DNA of 64,000 nt from positions 136,267 to 200,266 of the forward strand of contig CAZCOB010000001.1 of assembly GCA_964500415.1 (NCBI GenBank). Direction: 5' to 3'. Source of the stretch: an uncultured Dehalococcoidaceae bacterium. GTDB lineage: Bacteria > Chloroflexota > Dehalococcoidia > Dehalococcoidales > RBG-16-60-22. The translations under genes were made by a program, and so were the position numbers. Shown piece after piece: positions 36,549-45,142 of this stretch (the first letter of the stretch is position 1; every line of letters begins with the position of its first letter). The notes beneath the pieces were generated by a model. It did not search any database. It was not told the origin of the DNA and saw nothing but the letters and a program-made list of their open reading frames with translations.

Positions 36549-37742
36549 CTAGTCAACCGGCTCTTTGCCGTAGATAACCACGGTATGCTGGGCGCAGGTG
36601 CCGCTCAGGTTATGCGCCAGGCCGAAAGCGGCGTCTTTTACCTGGTGGATGGCCCTGCCCTGAAGCTGCTTGCAGATTTCCAGCGACTGCCGGGCGCCGG
36701 AGGCGCCGAAGGGGTGCCCGTAAACGAGCAGGCCGCCATCGGTATTGGTCGGAATCTCGCCGTCAATGTTGATGGCGCCGGAGGTGACGAAGTCGCCGCC
36801 CTCACCCTTCTTACAGAAACCGAGCTCTTCAAGCTCGATAATCTCGGAGATGGTGAAGCAGTCGTGCGTCTGGGCAACATCGATATCCTTGGGGGTGAGT
36901 TTGGCGTTCTTGAAAGCCACCTCGCCGGCGATTTTCAGGTGTGTCCATTCGGCGAGTGTTTCCCCCGGCCACCCGGCCGACATGCTGTGTGAAGCGTGCT
37001 GCCCCGTGCCGCGTACGTATACCATGGGTCTGTCGGTCAGTTCTTTAGCTCTCTCTTCCGAGGCGATGACAACCGCCGAAGCCCCGTCGGAAAGCGGGCA
37101 GCAGTCATACAGCCCGAAGGGTTCGGCTATAAGTCTGGCTTCCAGCGCATCCTTCATGGTTAAAGTCCTTCCTGCGAAATGTCCCTTGGTATGACCGTCG
37201 CCATAGGTATAGTTGGTGACGGAAACGGCGGCCATCTCTTCCTTGGTAGTTCCGTAGCGCTTCATGTGCATCTTGGCAATCATGGCGAAGAAAGGCGGCG
37301 GCACTCCCAGGCCCATAGCGGAGTCCCAGTCGTGGTCGTTGACCATCAATTGCGTGTAGTTGGTCTCCCATCGCTGGGGCATATAGACCTTCTCCGCGCC
37401 GGTTACCAGGACTACCTCGGCGATGCCGCTCTCCACCAGCCCCTTGGCGACGATGATAGCGGAGTTGGAGCCGGCGCACAGCGTGTCCAGGCGAATGCAG
37501 ATAGAGGTCGGTGTCAGTCCGAGCCGGTGCACTACCAGCGGGGCGGTATTCAATGCCGCTGAATGTCTCCCCGCCATGGTCGTGGCGATGATAAGGCCGT
37601 CTATATCCGCGGGTTTTAGTGCCGGAATGTCATCGGAGCAGGCTTTCATCGCCTCCTGAAGCATGTCGAAAAACGTTGCCTGCCTGACCCCGAATTTGCT
37701 CGTTCCTCCGCCGACGATTACGGCTTTCTTTTTCTCTGCCAT
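36549..37742 (-). CDS. Thiolase-fold protein, SCP-x / lipid-transfer type
   Basis: 397 aa. Active-site Cys region (LDTLCAGSNSA), C-terminal GHPFGASGARQ and NLSGTCAQH. Confidence 0.85.
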   Translation of the reverse strand: MAEKKKAVIVGGGTSKFGVRQATFFDMLQEAMKACSDDIPALKPADIDGLIIATTMAGRHSAALNTAPLVVHRLGLTPTSICIRLDTLCAGSNSAIIVAKGLVESGIAEVVLVTGAEKVYMPQRWETNYTQLMVNDHDWDSAMGLGVPPPFFAMIAKMHMKRYGTTKEEMAAVSVTNYTYGDGHTKGHFAGRTLTMKDALEARLIAEPFGLYDCCPLSDGASAVVIASEERAKELTDRPMVYVRGTGQHASHSMSAGWPGETLAEWTHLKIAGEVAFKNAKLTPKDIDVAQTHDCFTISEIIELEELGFCKKGEGGDFVTSGAINIDGEIPTNTDGGLLVYGHPFGASGARQSLEICKQLQGRAIHQVKDAAFGLAHNLSGTCAQHTVVIYGKEPVD

Positions 37743-38006
37743 ATGAACATCTCCTTTGCTTTAACTTTAACTTATATAGTCACGGAATTTATGGTTTGTT
37801 ACCGGTGAAAAAATGACAACTGCAACCACCGAAATCAACTGGCCATATTTCCCTCATATATCTTATCAGATATTATAGCCCAGCGTAAAGTAGTTCAATA
37901 TGTTATCATTTTTCCTGCCTGTGTCGAATCACACCATTAACTGTTTATTACACAAATTTCCCATCACTGAAAACTGTGAAAATATAAAGAGCCAGCCTTT
38001 CCCTAT

Positions 38007-38035
38007 TTGACACACCTATTGATGAACCATTAATA
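38007..38035 (+). promoter_or_regulatory. Putative promoter of the molybdoenzyme operon
   Basis: TTGACA (38007-12), 17-nt spacer, TTAATA (38030-35); within a 341-bp AT-rich divergent intergenic region. Confidence 0.4.
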
Positions 38036-38083
38036 TTTTATTGTCGATTGCTGTATTTTTCGTTTTTAGAAAGGAGATGACGC

Positions 38084-40321
38084 ATGGCGAAAGGTAAAGA
38101 GAATAAAGTAATTTCTACCATGTGGTCGGCCGGTTGCGGTTCGCACGGAGGCTGCGGCTGCGAGATATACGTCCAGGATGGCAAGGTGGTCAGGGTAGAG
38201 GGGGATAAAAATCACCCTTTTAACCTGGGGAGGCTTTGCCCCAAAGGCCTGGCTATACCGCAGTATATGTACCACCCCGACCGCGTTACTCATCCGTTGA
38301 AGAGGGTGGGTGAGAGGGGCGAGGGGAAGTGGGAGCGCATTACCTGGGATGAAGCCTTCGATACTATCGAGAAGAAATTCAAGGACATCCGCGTCAATTA
38401 CGGCGCGGAATCGGTCATATTCTGCCAGGGCACGGGCCGTGATATCGGCGGTCCTATCACCTTTTTGATGTACGCTTACGGAAGCCCGAACTGGGTGCAA
38501 GTGGGACTGGCCGGTCATGCCTGCTACACTCCCCGACTTGGTGCCATGTTCGCCACCCAGGGTTCTTATTGTGTCGCTGACTGTTCTCAGTTCCTGGAGA
38601 AGCGTTATGATTCACCGGAGTGGACGCCGCCCAAGTACATTCTTCTCTGGGCGCAGAATCCGGCCGCCGGCTGTCACGACGGCTTCTTCGGTCACTGGAT
38701 TATCGACTGCATGAGGCGGGGCTCCAAGCTAATTGTTATCGACCCATGCCATACCTGGTTTACCAGTCGCGCCGATGTCCACCTCCAGAATCGACCCGGC
38801 ACCGACGGCGCCATAGCCCTGGGTATGCTCAATGTTATCATCAACGAAGGCATTTACGATAAAGCGTTCGTCGAAAAGTGGTGCTACGGCTTTGACGAAC
38901 TTAAAGAGCGCGTTCAGGAATACACTCCGGAAAAGGTGGAGAAAATCACCTGGGTTCCCGCCGACCTTCTCAGGGAAGCCGCCCGGCTCTACGCCAGGAA
39001 TAAGCCGTCGGCTATCCAGTGGGGAGAGCCGGTGGACGCCATGCCGGCGGGCAGCGTGGTAGCCCAGGCCATCAACCAGCTCTGGGCCATCACCGGCAAT
39101 ATCGATAACCCAGGCGGCAACGTCATCGCCAAGAACTCGCACGGCGTTACCACCTATCCCTTCAGCTCCGCCGAGCTTACCAAACTCTATGGCGAGGACC
39201 TCGTCAAGAAGCTCAACGAGAAAAGAATCGGTGCCAACGATTACCCCATGATTAAGGGCTTCAGGGGATGGGTACAGCCCGACGTACTCATCGAGCAACT
39301 GGAAACAGATAAACCGTATAAGGTCAGGGCTGCCTGGATACAGACATCCAATATTATCGGCGGTCAGGCGGCTGACCCCCGGCGGCATTACGAGGCCATG
39401 AAAAAATTAGATTTCGTTGTCGTGGTTGACCTCTTTCAGAATCCCACCAGCATGGCTCTGGCCGATATCTTCCTCCCCGCCGCCACTATCTGCGAGAAGG
39501 AAAGCTTCCGCTCCTGGTGGCAGCCCCTCGGTGTTTCCGTCAGGGCTGTCGACGGTGTGGATGAGAGCCGGTCCGACTGGGAAATCAATCTGGAGATGGC
39601 CAAGCGGCTGGCCACCAATCCCCTTAAATACAACACGGTCAGAGAGCTTATCGACGACCGCCTGAAGGACGGAAATACCAACTTTGAGAAACTCAAGGCC
39701 AAAGGTTGCTGGGAGTACCCGCCGGAAGGACACCCCAGCCGCCCCTACTACCGCTACGAGAGAGGCCTCTTGCGCGGCGACGGCCAGCCCGGCTTCGATA
39801 CCCCCACCGGCAAGGTGGAGCTGTACTCCACCCGGTATGAGGAGTGGGGCCTCGACCCGCTGCCCTATTACGAGGAGCCGAAGGAAAGCCCCGTGGCCAC
39901 CCCCGATGTCTGTAAGAAATATCCCCTGATACTGACGACGGGTCGCCGCTCGCCGGTCTTCTTCCATGCGGAACATCGCATGATTCCCTGGCTGCGTGAG
40001 ATAGACCCCGACCCCGAGTGCGAAATCAATGATAAGACGGCTGAAGAGCTCGGCGTCAGCAACGGCGAGTGGGTCTATATCGAGAATGCGCACGGCAAGA
40101 TTAAAATGAAGGCCAAGGTCACCCCCACCGCTCATCCCATGGTCGTTACCGCGCCACACGGCTGGTGGCTGCCGGAGACCGATGGAAAAGCGCCCAACCT
40201 GTTCAGCACCTGGGAGTATAACATTAATAACCTTACCACCATGGGCAACCAGGGCAAGTCCGGCTTCGGCGGGACGGATTACCGCTCCGGTCTCTGCCGC
40301 ATTACCAAAATTAAAGATTGA
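38084..40321 (+). CDS. Mo/W bis-pyranopterin (DMSO reductase family) catalytic subunit, no Tat signal
   Basis: 745 aa. N-terminal FeS motif CGSHGGCGCEIYV...GRLCPKG; MopB core and C-terminal barrel (ELGVSNGEWVYIEN). N-terminus MAKGKENKVIS has no twin-arginine motif. Confidence 0.85.
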   Translation: MAKGKENKVISTMWSAGCGSHGGCGCEIYVQDGKVVRVEGDKNHPFNLGRLCPKGLAIPQYMYHPDRVTHPLKRVGERGEGKWERITWDEAFDTIEKKFKDIRVNYGAESVIFCQGTGRDIGGPITFLMYAYGSPNWVQVGLAGHACYTPRLGAMFATQGSYCVADCSQFLEKRYDSPEWTPPKYILLWAQNPAAGCHDGFFGHWIIDCMRRGSKLIVIDPCHTWFTSRADVHLQNRPGTDGAIALGMLNVIINEGIYDKAFVEKWCYGFDELKERVQEYTPEKVEKITWVPADLLREAARLYARNKPSAIQWGEPVDAMPAGSVVAQAINQLWAITGNIDNPGGNVIAKNSHGVTTYPFSSAELTKLYGEDLVKKLNEKRIGANDYPMIKGFRGWVQPDVLIEQLETDKPYKVRAAWIQTSNIIGGQAADPRRHYEAMKKLDFVVVVDLFQNPTSMALADIFLPAATICEKESFRSWWQPLGVSVRAVDGVDESRSDWEINLEMAKRLATNPLKYNTVRELIDDRLKDGNTNFEKLKAKGCWEYPPEGHPSRPYYRYERGLLRGDGQPGFDTPTGKVELYSTRYEEWGLDPLPYYEEPKESPVATPDVCKKYPLILTTGRRSPVFFHAEHRMIPWLREIDPDPECEINDKTAEELGVSNGEWVYIENAHGKIKMKAKVTPTAHPMVVTAPHGWWLPETDGKAPNLFSTWEYNINNLTTMGNQGKSGFGGTDYRSGLCRITKIKD

Positions 40322-40332
40322 AAGGAGTAGTC

Positions 40333-40662
40333 ATGCCCCGAAACGGCTTACTTATCGAATACGAATACTGCACCGGATGCCACGCCTGTGAGGTCGCCTG
40401 CAAGCAGGAGCATAACTTCTCCGACGGTATGTGCGGCATCAGGGTGGACGAACTGGTCACGGTGGGACCGGATAAGGTTCACGTGGATTTCATTCCCGTC
40501 ACTACCCGGTTCTGCGACCTCTGTGCGGAGAGGGTAAAAGGCGGACAATCGCCCGCCTGCGTCAAGCACTGCCAGGCCATCTGTATGATGTACGGCCCGG
40601 TGACCGAGCTGGCTAAAGAAATGGAGAAAAAACCGAGGTCGCTTATCTTCGCCCCGAAATAG
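40333..40662 (+). CDS. Small 2x[4Fe-4S] ferredoxin-type subunit
   Basis: 109 aa from ATG 40333 (AAGGAG 7 nt upstream). CTGCHACEVAC plus CDLC...ACVKHC. Confidence 0.8.
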   Translation: MPRNGLLIEYEYCTGCHACEVACKQEHNFSDGMCGIRVDELVTVGPDKVHVDFIPVTTRFCDLCAERVKGGQSPACVKHCQAICMMYGPVTELAKEMEKKPRSLIFAPK

Positions 40663-40668
40663 CTTGAT

Positions 40669-40868
40669 GTCATTCCAGCGAAACTTGTCCCGTACTTGAT
40701 ACGGGAGCTGGAATCCAGCAGCCCCAACCTGTCATTCTGAGCCGAAGCCCTGAGCGGAGTGAAGGAGCGGTGAAGAATCCAGTATCCCCAACCTGTCATT
40801 CTGAGCAAAGCGAAGAATCTCGGGGTGGGGCAGGTACTCTGGATTCTCGGGTCAAGAACGGGAATGAC
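40669..40868. repeat. Cluster of four GTCATTCY...GAATCY palindromic (REP/MITE-like) elements
   Basis: Copies at 40669-40716, 40731-40780 and 40795-40820 (forward) and 40841-40868 (inverted). CCCCAACCTGTCATTCTGAGC occurs twice. Confidence 0.7.
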
Positions 40869-40885
40869 ATTTTTCTAATGTTACA

Positions 40886-41890
40886 CTACATCGGATTTGC
40901 GGCGGGACTCTGGTATCCCGCCAGCAAGCCTCTGGGCACCTGCTGCATCAACTCGTCTATCGTCCAGGGGCCTTCTCCGAATTTCGTCAAGTTCCTGGTT
41001 ATTTCCGGCTCCGAGTAAAGTCCGATGCCGTTTCCTCCCAGGCTGAAAACCGAGCCGCTGATACCCGCGGCGGCATCGGAAGCCAGGTAGCAGATAAAGG
41101 GCGTTATGTAGTCGGGAGTGGGAGTCATTTCCACCAGCATGCCGGGCCCTTCCATTTTAAATATGAAGGGGCGGTCTTCCTCAGTCACGGTCAGGGGGTA
41201 GGTGTCCAGTTCGTATGAAGCCCTCGTCTTCGCCCTGGGCGAAAAAGCGTTGCAGGTTATCCCGTAATCGTGCATTTCTATGGCTACCGCCTTGGTCAAT
41301 CCTACTACCCCGGCATTGGCCACGCAATATTCGGCATGCCTGATAACGTCTCCGTTAAAAGCCCTAGACGTGCAGTTGATGATACGCCCCCACCTCTGCT
41401 TTATCATGTGCGGCAGGGCGTGGCGCATCGTGTTGAAGTAGCCTTTAGGCTTGGTGCGGGTAACGTGCTCCCAGAGCTCTTCCGTTAGCTTCTCAGCCCG
41501 GCTGAAGCCGAAGGTCCCGGCCACGTTCACCAGGATATCTATCTTCCCGAAGTTATCAATAGCGCTTTGTATCAGTTTTTCCGCAACATCAAATTTTGAA
41601 ATATCGCCGAAGCAGGGCACGGCCTTACCGCCCGTTTCCCTGATTGTCTGTGCGGTGGTCTCCGCATCGCCGCTGATGGCGGCGGTCTCCCTCTCGAACC
41701 ACTCCCTTTTTTCTCTATCGAGCGATTTTACCTGCTCATCCGTTAAAATGGCATGGCCGGTAGAGCCGGGCTGGCGGTTATTGGTGACTATACTGGCGCC
41801 TTCCTGAGCCAGCCCGATGGCGATAGCCCTGCCGATTCCCTGTCCCGAGCCGGTCACCACGGCGACTCTGTCCTTTAAAATGTCTCCCAT
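40886..41890 (-). CDS. SDR-family oxidoreductase with C-terminal extension
   Basis: 334 aa. TGSGQGIGRA cofactor motif; active-site region reads YCVANAG (Y-x3-N rather than Y-x3-K). Confidence 0.8.
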   Translation of the reverse strand: MGDILKDRVAVVTGSGQGIGRAIAIGLAQEGASIVTNNRQPGSTGHAILTDEQVKSLDREKREWFERETAAISGDAETTAQTIRETGGKAVPCFGDISKFDVAEKLIQSAIDNFGKIDILVNVAGTFGFSRAEKLTEELWEHVTRTKPKGYFNTMRHALPHMIKQRWGRIINCTSRAFNGDVIRHAEYCVANAGVVGLTKAVAIEMHDYGITCNAFSPRAKTRASYELDTYPLTVTEEDRPFIFKMEGPGMLVEMTPTPDYITPFICYLASDAAAGISGSVFSLGGNGIGLYSEPEITRNLTKFGEGPWTIDELMQQVPRGLLAGYQSPAANPM

Positions 41891-42004
41891 GTTCTTACCT
41901 CGCTTTTCATTTTATATCTGGCCGAAATCGTTAAAGAGAAGCAGCCCTCCGGGGTGCGATACTCTCCGATAAGGCTGCTTCTATAATACGACGATTTATA
42001 TTAA

Positions 42005-44032
42005 TTAGAAAGTAATCAGCGTGATAAAGACAGGACCGAAAATCACGGCCACCTTGCCCACCAGCTTGATAAGGATGTTCAGGGAAGGCCCGGCCGTGTC
42101 TTTGAAGGGGTCGCCGACCGTATCGCCGACGACCGCCGCCTTGTGGGCATCGCTGCCTTTTCCTCCCAAGGCGCCCGCCTCGATGTATTTCTTGGCATTG
42201 TCCCAGGCGCCGCCCGCATTGGCCATCATCACCGCCATCAGGAATCCCGTCACTAATGCGCCGATGAGCAGGCCTGCCACGGCTTTCGGACCCAGGGTGA
42301 AGCCGAGTATAAGCGGTACGGCAATTACCAGGATGCCCGGGATTATCATGGATTTGAGGGCAACCTTGGTGGCAATGTCGACGCAGCTTACATAGTCCGG
42401 CTTAACGCCTTCCTTGCCTTCCAGGAGTCCCTTGATTTCACGGAACTGCCGTCTTACCTCGTTGACGATGGCGAAGCCGCCGGTGCTGACGCCCCTCATG
42501 GCCAGCGCGCTGAAGATAAAAGTGAGCATACCTCCTATCATAATACCGGATATCACGCCGACGTTGGTCAGGCTGGCGATACCACCCTCCAGGTGGACGA
42601 CCTGGAAATATGTAGCCAGCCAGGCCAGCGACGCCAGCGCCGCCGAGGCGATGGCGAAACCCTTGCCGAGGGCCGCCGTGGTGTTGCCGACGGCGTCCAG
42701 GGCTTCGCAGCGTTCCCTGACATCTTTGCCCAGTCCGGCCATCTCGGCAATGCCCGCCGAGTTGTCGGCAATGGGCCCGTAGCAGTCCATGGCCAGCAGC
42801 ATGCCCAGGTTAATCAGCATGCCCATGGCGGCGATAGCGATGCCCAGCAACCCGCCGAAGAGGTAGGCGAGGACGGTAGCTATCACCACCAGGATAACGG
42901 GCAGCACTGTGCTCAGCATTCCCGTAGCCAGGCCGTCGATGATGGTAACGGCGGCCCCGCTCTCCGCCGACTTGGCAATCCTCTTTGCCGGAGGACGCTC
43001 GGCGGAGGTAAAGTACTCCGTCGCCAGTGATATCAGGAAACCGGCCACCAGACCCGATATCAATGCCCAGAAAAGGTCGAGTTTATCTGTAAATCCCCTG
43101 ATGATAAAGAAGCTGGCCACTATCATGAGGATATTACTGACATAGACACCGGTATTCATCGTGGCGTGTGCCCTGGCCACCTGCTTCTCGAAATCGGCGT
43201 CTTTTATATCCTTCGGCCTGACCGATAGTGCCCCGATAATCGATACTACAATGCCCGCCGCCGCCAGCATTAAAGGCAGGAACATGCCGTCGGACGTCCC
43301 CAGGGCGAGAACCCCGAGCACCATCGAAGCGGCTATCGCGGAAACGTATGACTCGTAAAGGTCGGAGCCCATGCCGGCCACGTCGCCGACATTATCGCCG
43401 ACATTATCTGCAATCACCGCCGGATTACGCGGGTCGTCTTCGGGGATGCCGGCTTCCACTTTACCTACGAGGTCGGCGCCTACATCGGCGCTCTTGGTGA
43501 AAATACCGCCTCCGGCCCTTAAAAACAGTGCTACCGACGACGCTCCAAAGGCGAAACCGAGCCATACGTGGCTATCTTCCCAGATAAAGGAGATAATAGC
43601 CAGACCCAGCAGCCCCAGCCCGACCACGCAGAAGCCCATTACAGCCCCGCTGGAGAAGGCGATTTTAAGTCCTTTCGCCCAGCTGTTGATGGCCGCGTGG
43701 GCCGTCCTGACATTCGCCTTGGTCGCGATATTCATGCCCAGCCAGCCGGACAGCGCCGAGGTGACGGTACCGGCCAGGTAGGCTACGGCAACATAAGGTT
43801 TGGGGTCGATGAAAACAGCCAGTACGATGAAAACAACCACCGTGAATACCGTCAGCGTCAGGAACTCGCGACGTAAAAAGGCCATGGCTCCCTGCCGTAT
43901 GGCATAAGATATAGATTTCATCCTCTGGTTGCCTTCGCTCTCACGTAATATCGTGAATGCCAGATAGACGACGAAGGCCAGCCCCAGAACAGCCCCCACT
44001 ATGACGAGCAGTTTCATGACCCATTCTTCCAT
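42005..44032 (-). CDS. hppA: Membrane-integral pyrophosphatase, K+-dependent signature
   Basis: 675 aa polytopic. [23 protein letters not shown], and [15 protein letters not shown] (Ala/Gly pair). Confidence 0.9.
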   Translation of the reverse strand: MEEWVMKLLVIVGAVLGLAFVVYLAFTILRESEGNQRMKSISYAIRQGAMAFLRREFLTLTVFTVVVFIVLAVFIDPKPYVAVAYLAGTVTSALSGWLGMNIATKANVRTAHAAINSWAKGLKIAFSSGAVMGFCVVGLGLLGLAIISFIWEDSHVWLGFAFGASSVALFLRAGGGIFTKSADVGADLVGKVEAGIPEDDPRNPAVIADNVGDNVGDVAGMGSDLYESYVSAIAASMVLGVLALGTSDGMFLPLMLAAAGIVVSIIGALSVRPKDIKDADFEKQVARAHATMNTGVYVSNILMIVASFFIIRGFTDKLDLFWALISGLVAGFLISLATEYFTSAERPPAKRIAKSAESGAAVTIIDGLATGMLSTVLPVILVVIATVLAYLFGGLLGIAIAAMGMLINLGMLLAMDCYGPIADNSAGIAEMAGLGKDVRERCEALDAVGNTTAALGKGFAIASAALASLAWLATYFQVVHLEGGIASLTNVGVISGIMIGGMLTFIFSALAMRGVSTGGFAIVNEVRRQFREIKGLLEGKEGVKPDYVSCVDIATKVALKSMIIPGILVIAVPLILGFTLGPKAVAGLLIGALVTGFLMAVMMANAGGAWDNAKKYIEAGALGGKGSDAHKAAVVGDTVGDPFKDTAGPSLNILIKLVGKVAVIFGPVFITLITF

Positions 44033-44212
44033 GAGCGTACCTCCCGTAGAATATTTCCAGTTTCAGGATAAATATAAAAATAAAAGGAGGTTATACCAAC
44101 CCCCCTTTATTCTCGATAGCCTTATGTCGGACGATATTCTATCCATCAGGTTCAAGGCAGTTTATCATAATTTTCTTTTTCAGGTCAATTTGTGATGAAT
44201 ATCAAGAGTAAA

Positions 44213-45142
44213 TTACCTGCCCTTGTTGATAATAGCGATTATCTCCTTGCCGTATTTATTGACCCTTCTCTCCCCGAATCCTTTGACATCGTTTAGTTCT
44301 TTATACGTGGACGGGCGTAGCTTTACAACCTCTTTCAGCCACGAATTACGGGCGATAATGAATGGCGCCAGGTTCTCCTCGTGGGCTTTATGGTCTCTCC
44401 ACTTGGAAAGAGCATCGTAAATTTCCATCTCGATACTATCGAGCTCGGGTTCATCAAGCTGAGCGGCCTCTATATTTTCAGGCTGTAAATCGTCTTGCGC
44501 CGGCTTTGCCTTCTCACCGCTTTTTTTTTGTAGCTTCGCCAGTCTTGTCTCCAGCGCTTCCTGTCTCACCGCCAGAGTGAGGTCGCTGCGTGTTCTTTCC
44601 AGCACGCCGCGCACCATGTCGGTAGTCCTCCGCAGGCCTCCGGTGATAGCATCGGGAAAATCAATGGTAACCAGGACGCTGTAGATATCATCCATGACCG
44701 TCAGAAACTCCTCGCCTCGTGACAGGTCTCCCTTCCGCATGGCATCGAGCAGGTAGCGCCGTACTTCGCCTACCGCCTCCCCGAGTCCGTTAAGATAAGC
44801 GGCGGTATCGACCCCCAGCCCCTCGGGTCTTGGAAACGACTTACCGGTAACCAGAGCCAGCGTAATATTCGCCTCGGCGAACTCTTTCCGTGCGTCTCTG
44901 ACTACGCCGGTACTGCTGAGTTCGCTATAACTCTTGACCGCTTCTTCGGCGTCGGTCAGCATGCTGCGGGCCGTTTTAATCAATTCTTCAGCCTTGTCGA
45001 ATTCTTGCCGGTGTATGGCGCGGATAGCGTTACTGCAGTAACGTATAGCATCACGACAGAGCGGGAGCATTTGTTCCCTGGCTTCGTCCCTGGCCGACAG
45101 GTCTTTTCGCGCCTGCTCCGATATCGAATCCAGATTATTCAC
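44213..45142 (-). CDS. Translin-family domain fused to a C-terminal HRDC domain
   Basis: 309 aa. AYLNGLGEAVGEVRRYLLDAMRKGDLSRG...GLRRTTD parallels translin DYLSG...ELSR...GDYSRP...LRKRYD. The tail IYDALSKWRDHKAHEENLAPFIIARNSWLKEVVKLRPSTYKELNDVKGFGERRVNKYG is HRDC-like. Confidence 0.7.
   Translation of the reverse strand: MNNLDSISEQARKDLSARDEAREQMLPLCRDAIRYCSNAIRAIHRQEFDKAEELIKTARSMLTDAEEAVKSYSELSSTGVVRDARKEFAEANITLALVTGKSFPRPEGLGVDTAAYLNGLGEAVGEVRRYLLDAMRKGDLSRGEEFLTVMDDIYSVLVTIDFPDAITGGLRRTTDMVRGVLERTRSDLTLAVRQEALETRLAKLQKKSGEKAKPAQDDLQPENIEAAQLDEPELDSIEMEIYDALSKWRDHKAHEENLAPFIIARNSWLKEVVKLRPSTYKELNDVKGFGERRVNKYGKEIIAIINKGR

Noticed and set aside
38084-40321. Selenocysteine recoding in the Mo/W enzyme.
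   Set aside because: The reading frame is continuous with no in-frame TGA, and no SECIS-like hairpin needs to be invoked. A Cys ligand is more likely.
40669-40868. Possible CRISPR array, given the closely spaced repeats.
   Set aside because: The repeats differ in length and sequence, one is inverted, spacing is irregular (about 14-20 nt), each unit is itself palindromic, and no cas genes are present. REP/MITE-like elements fit better.
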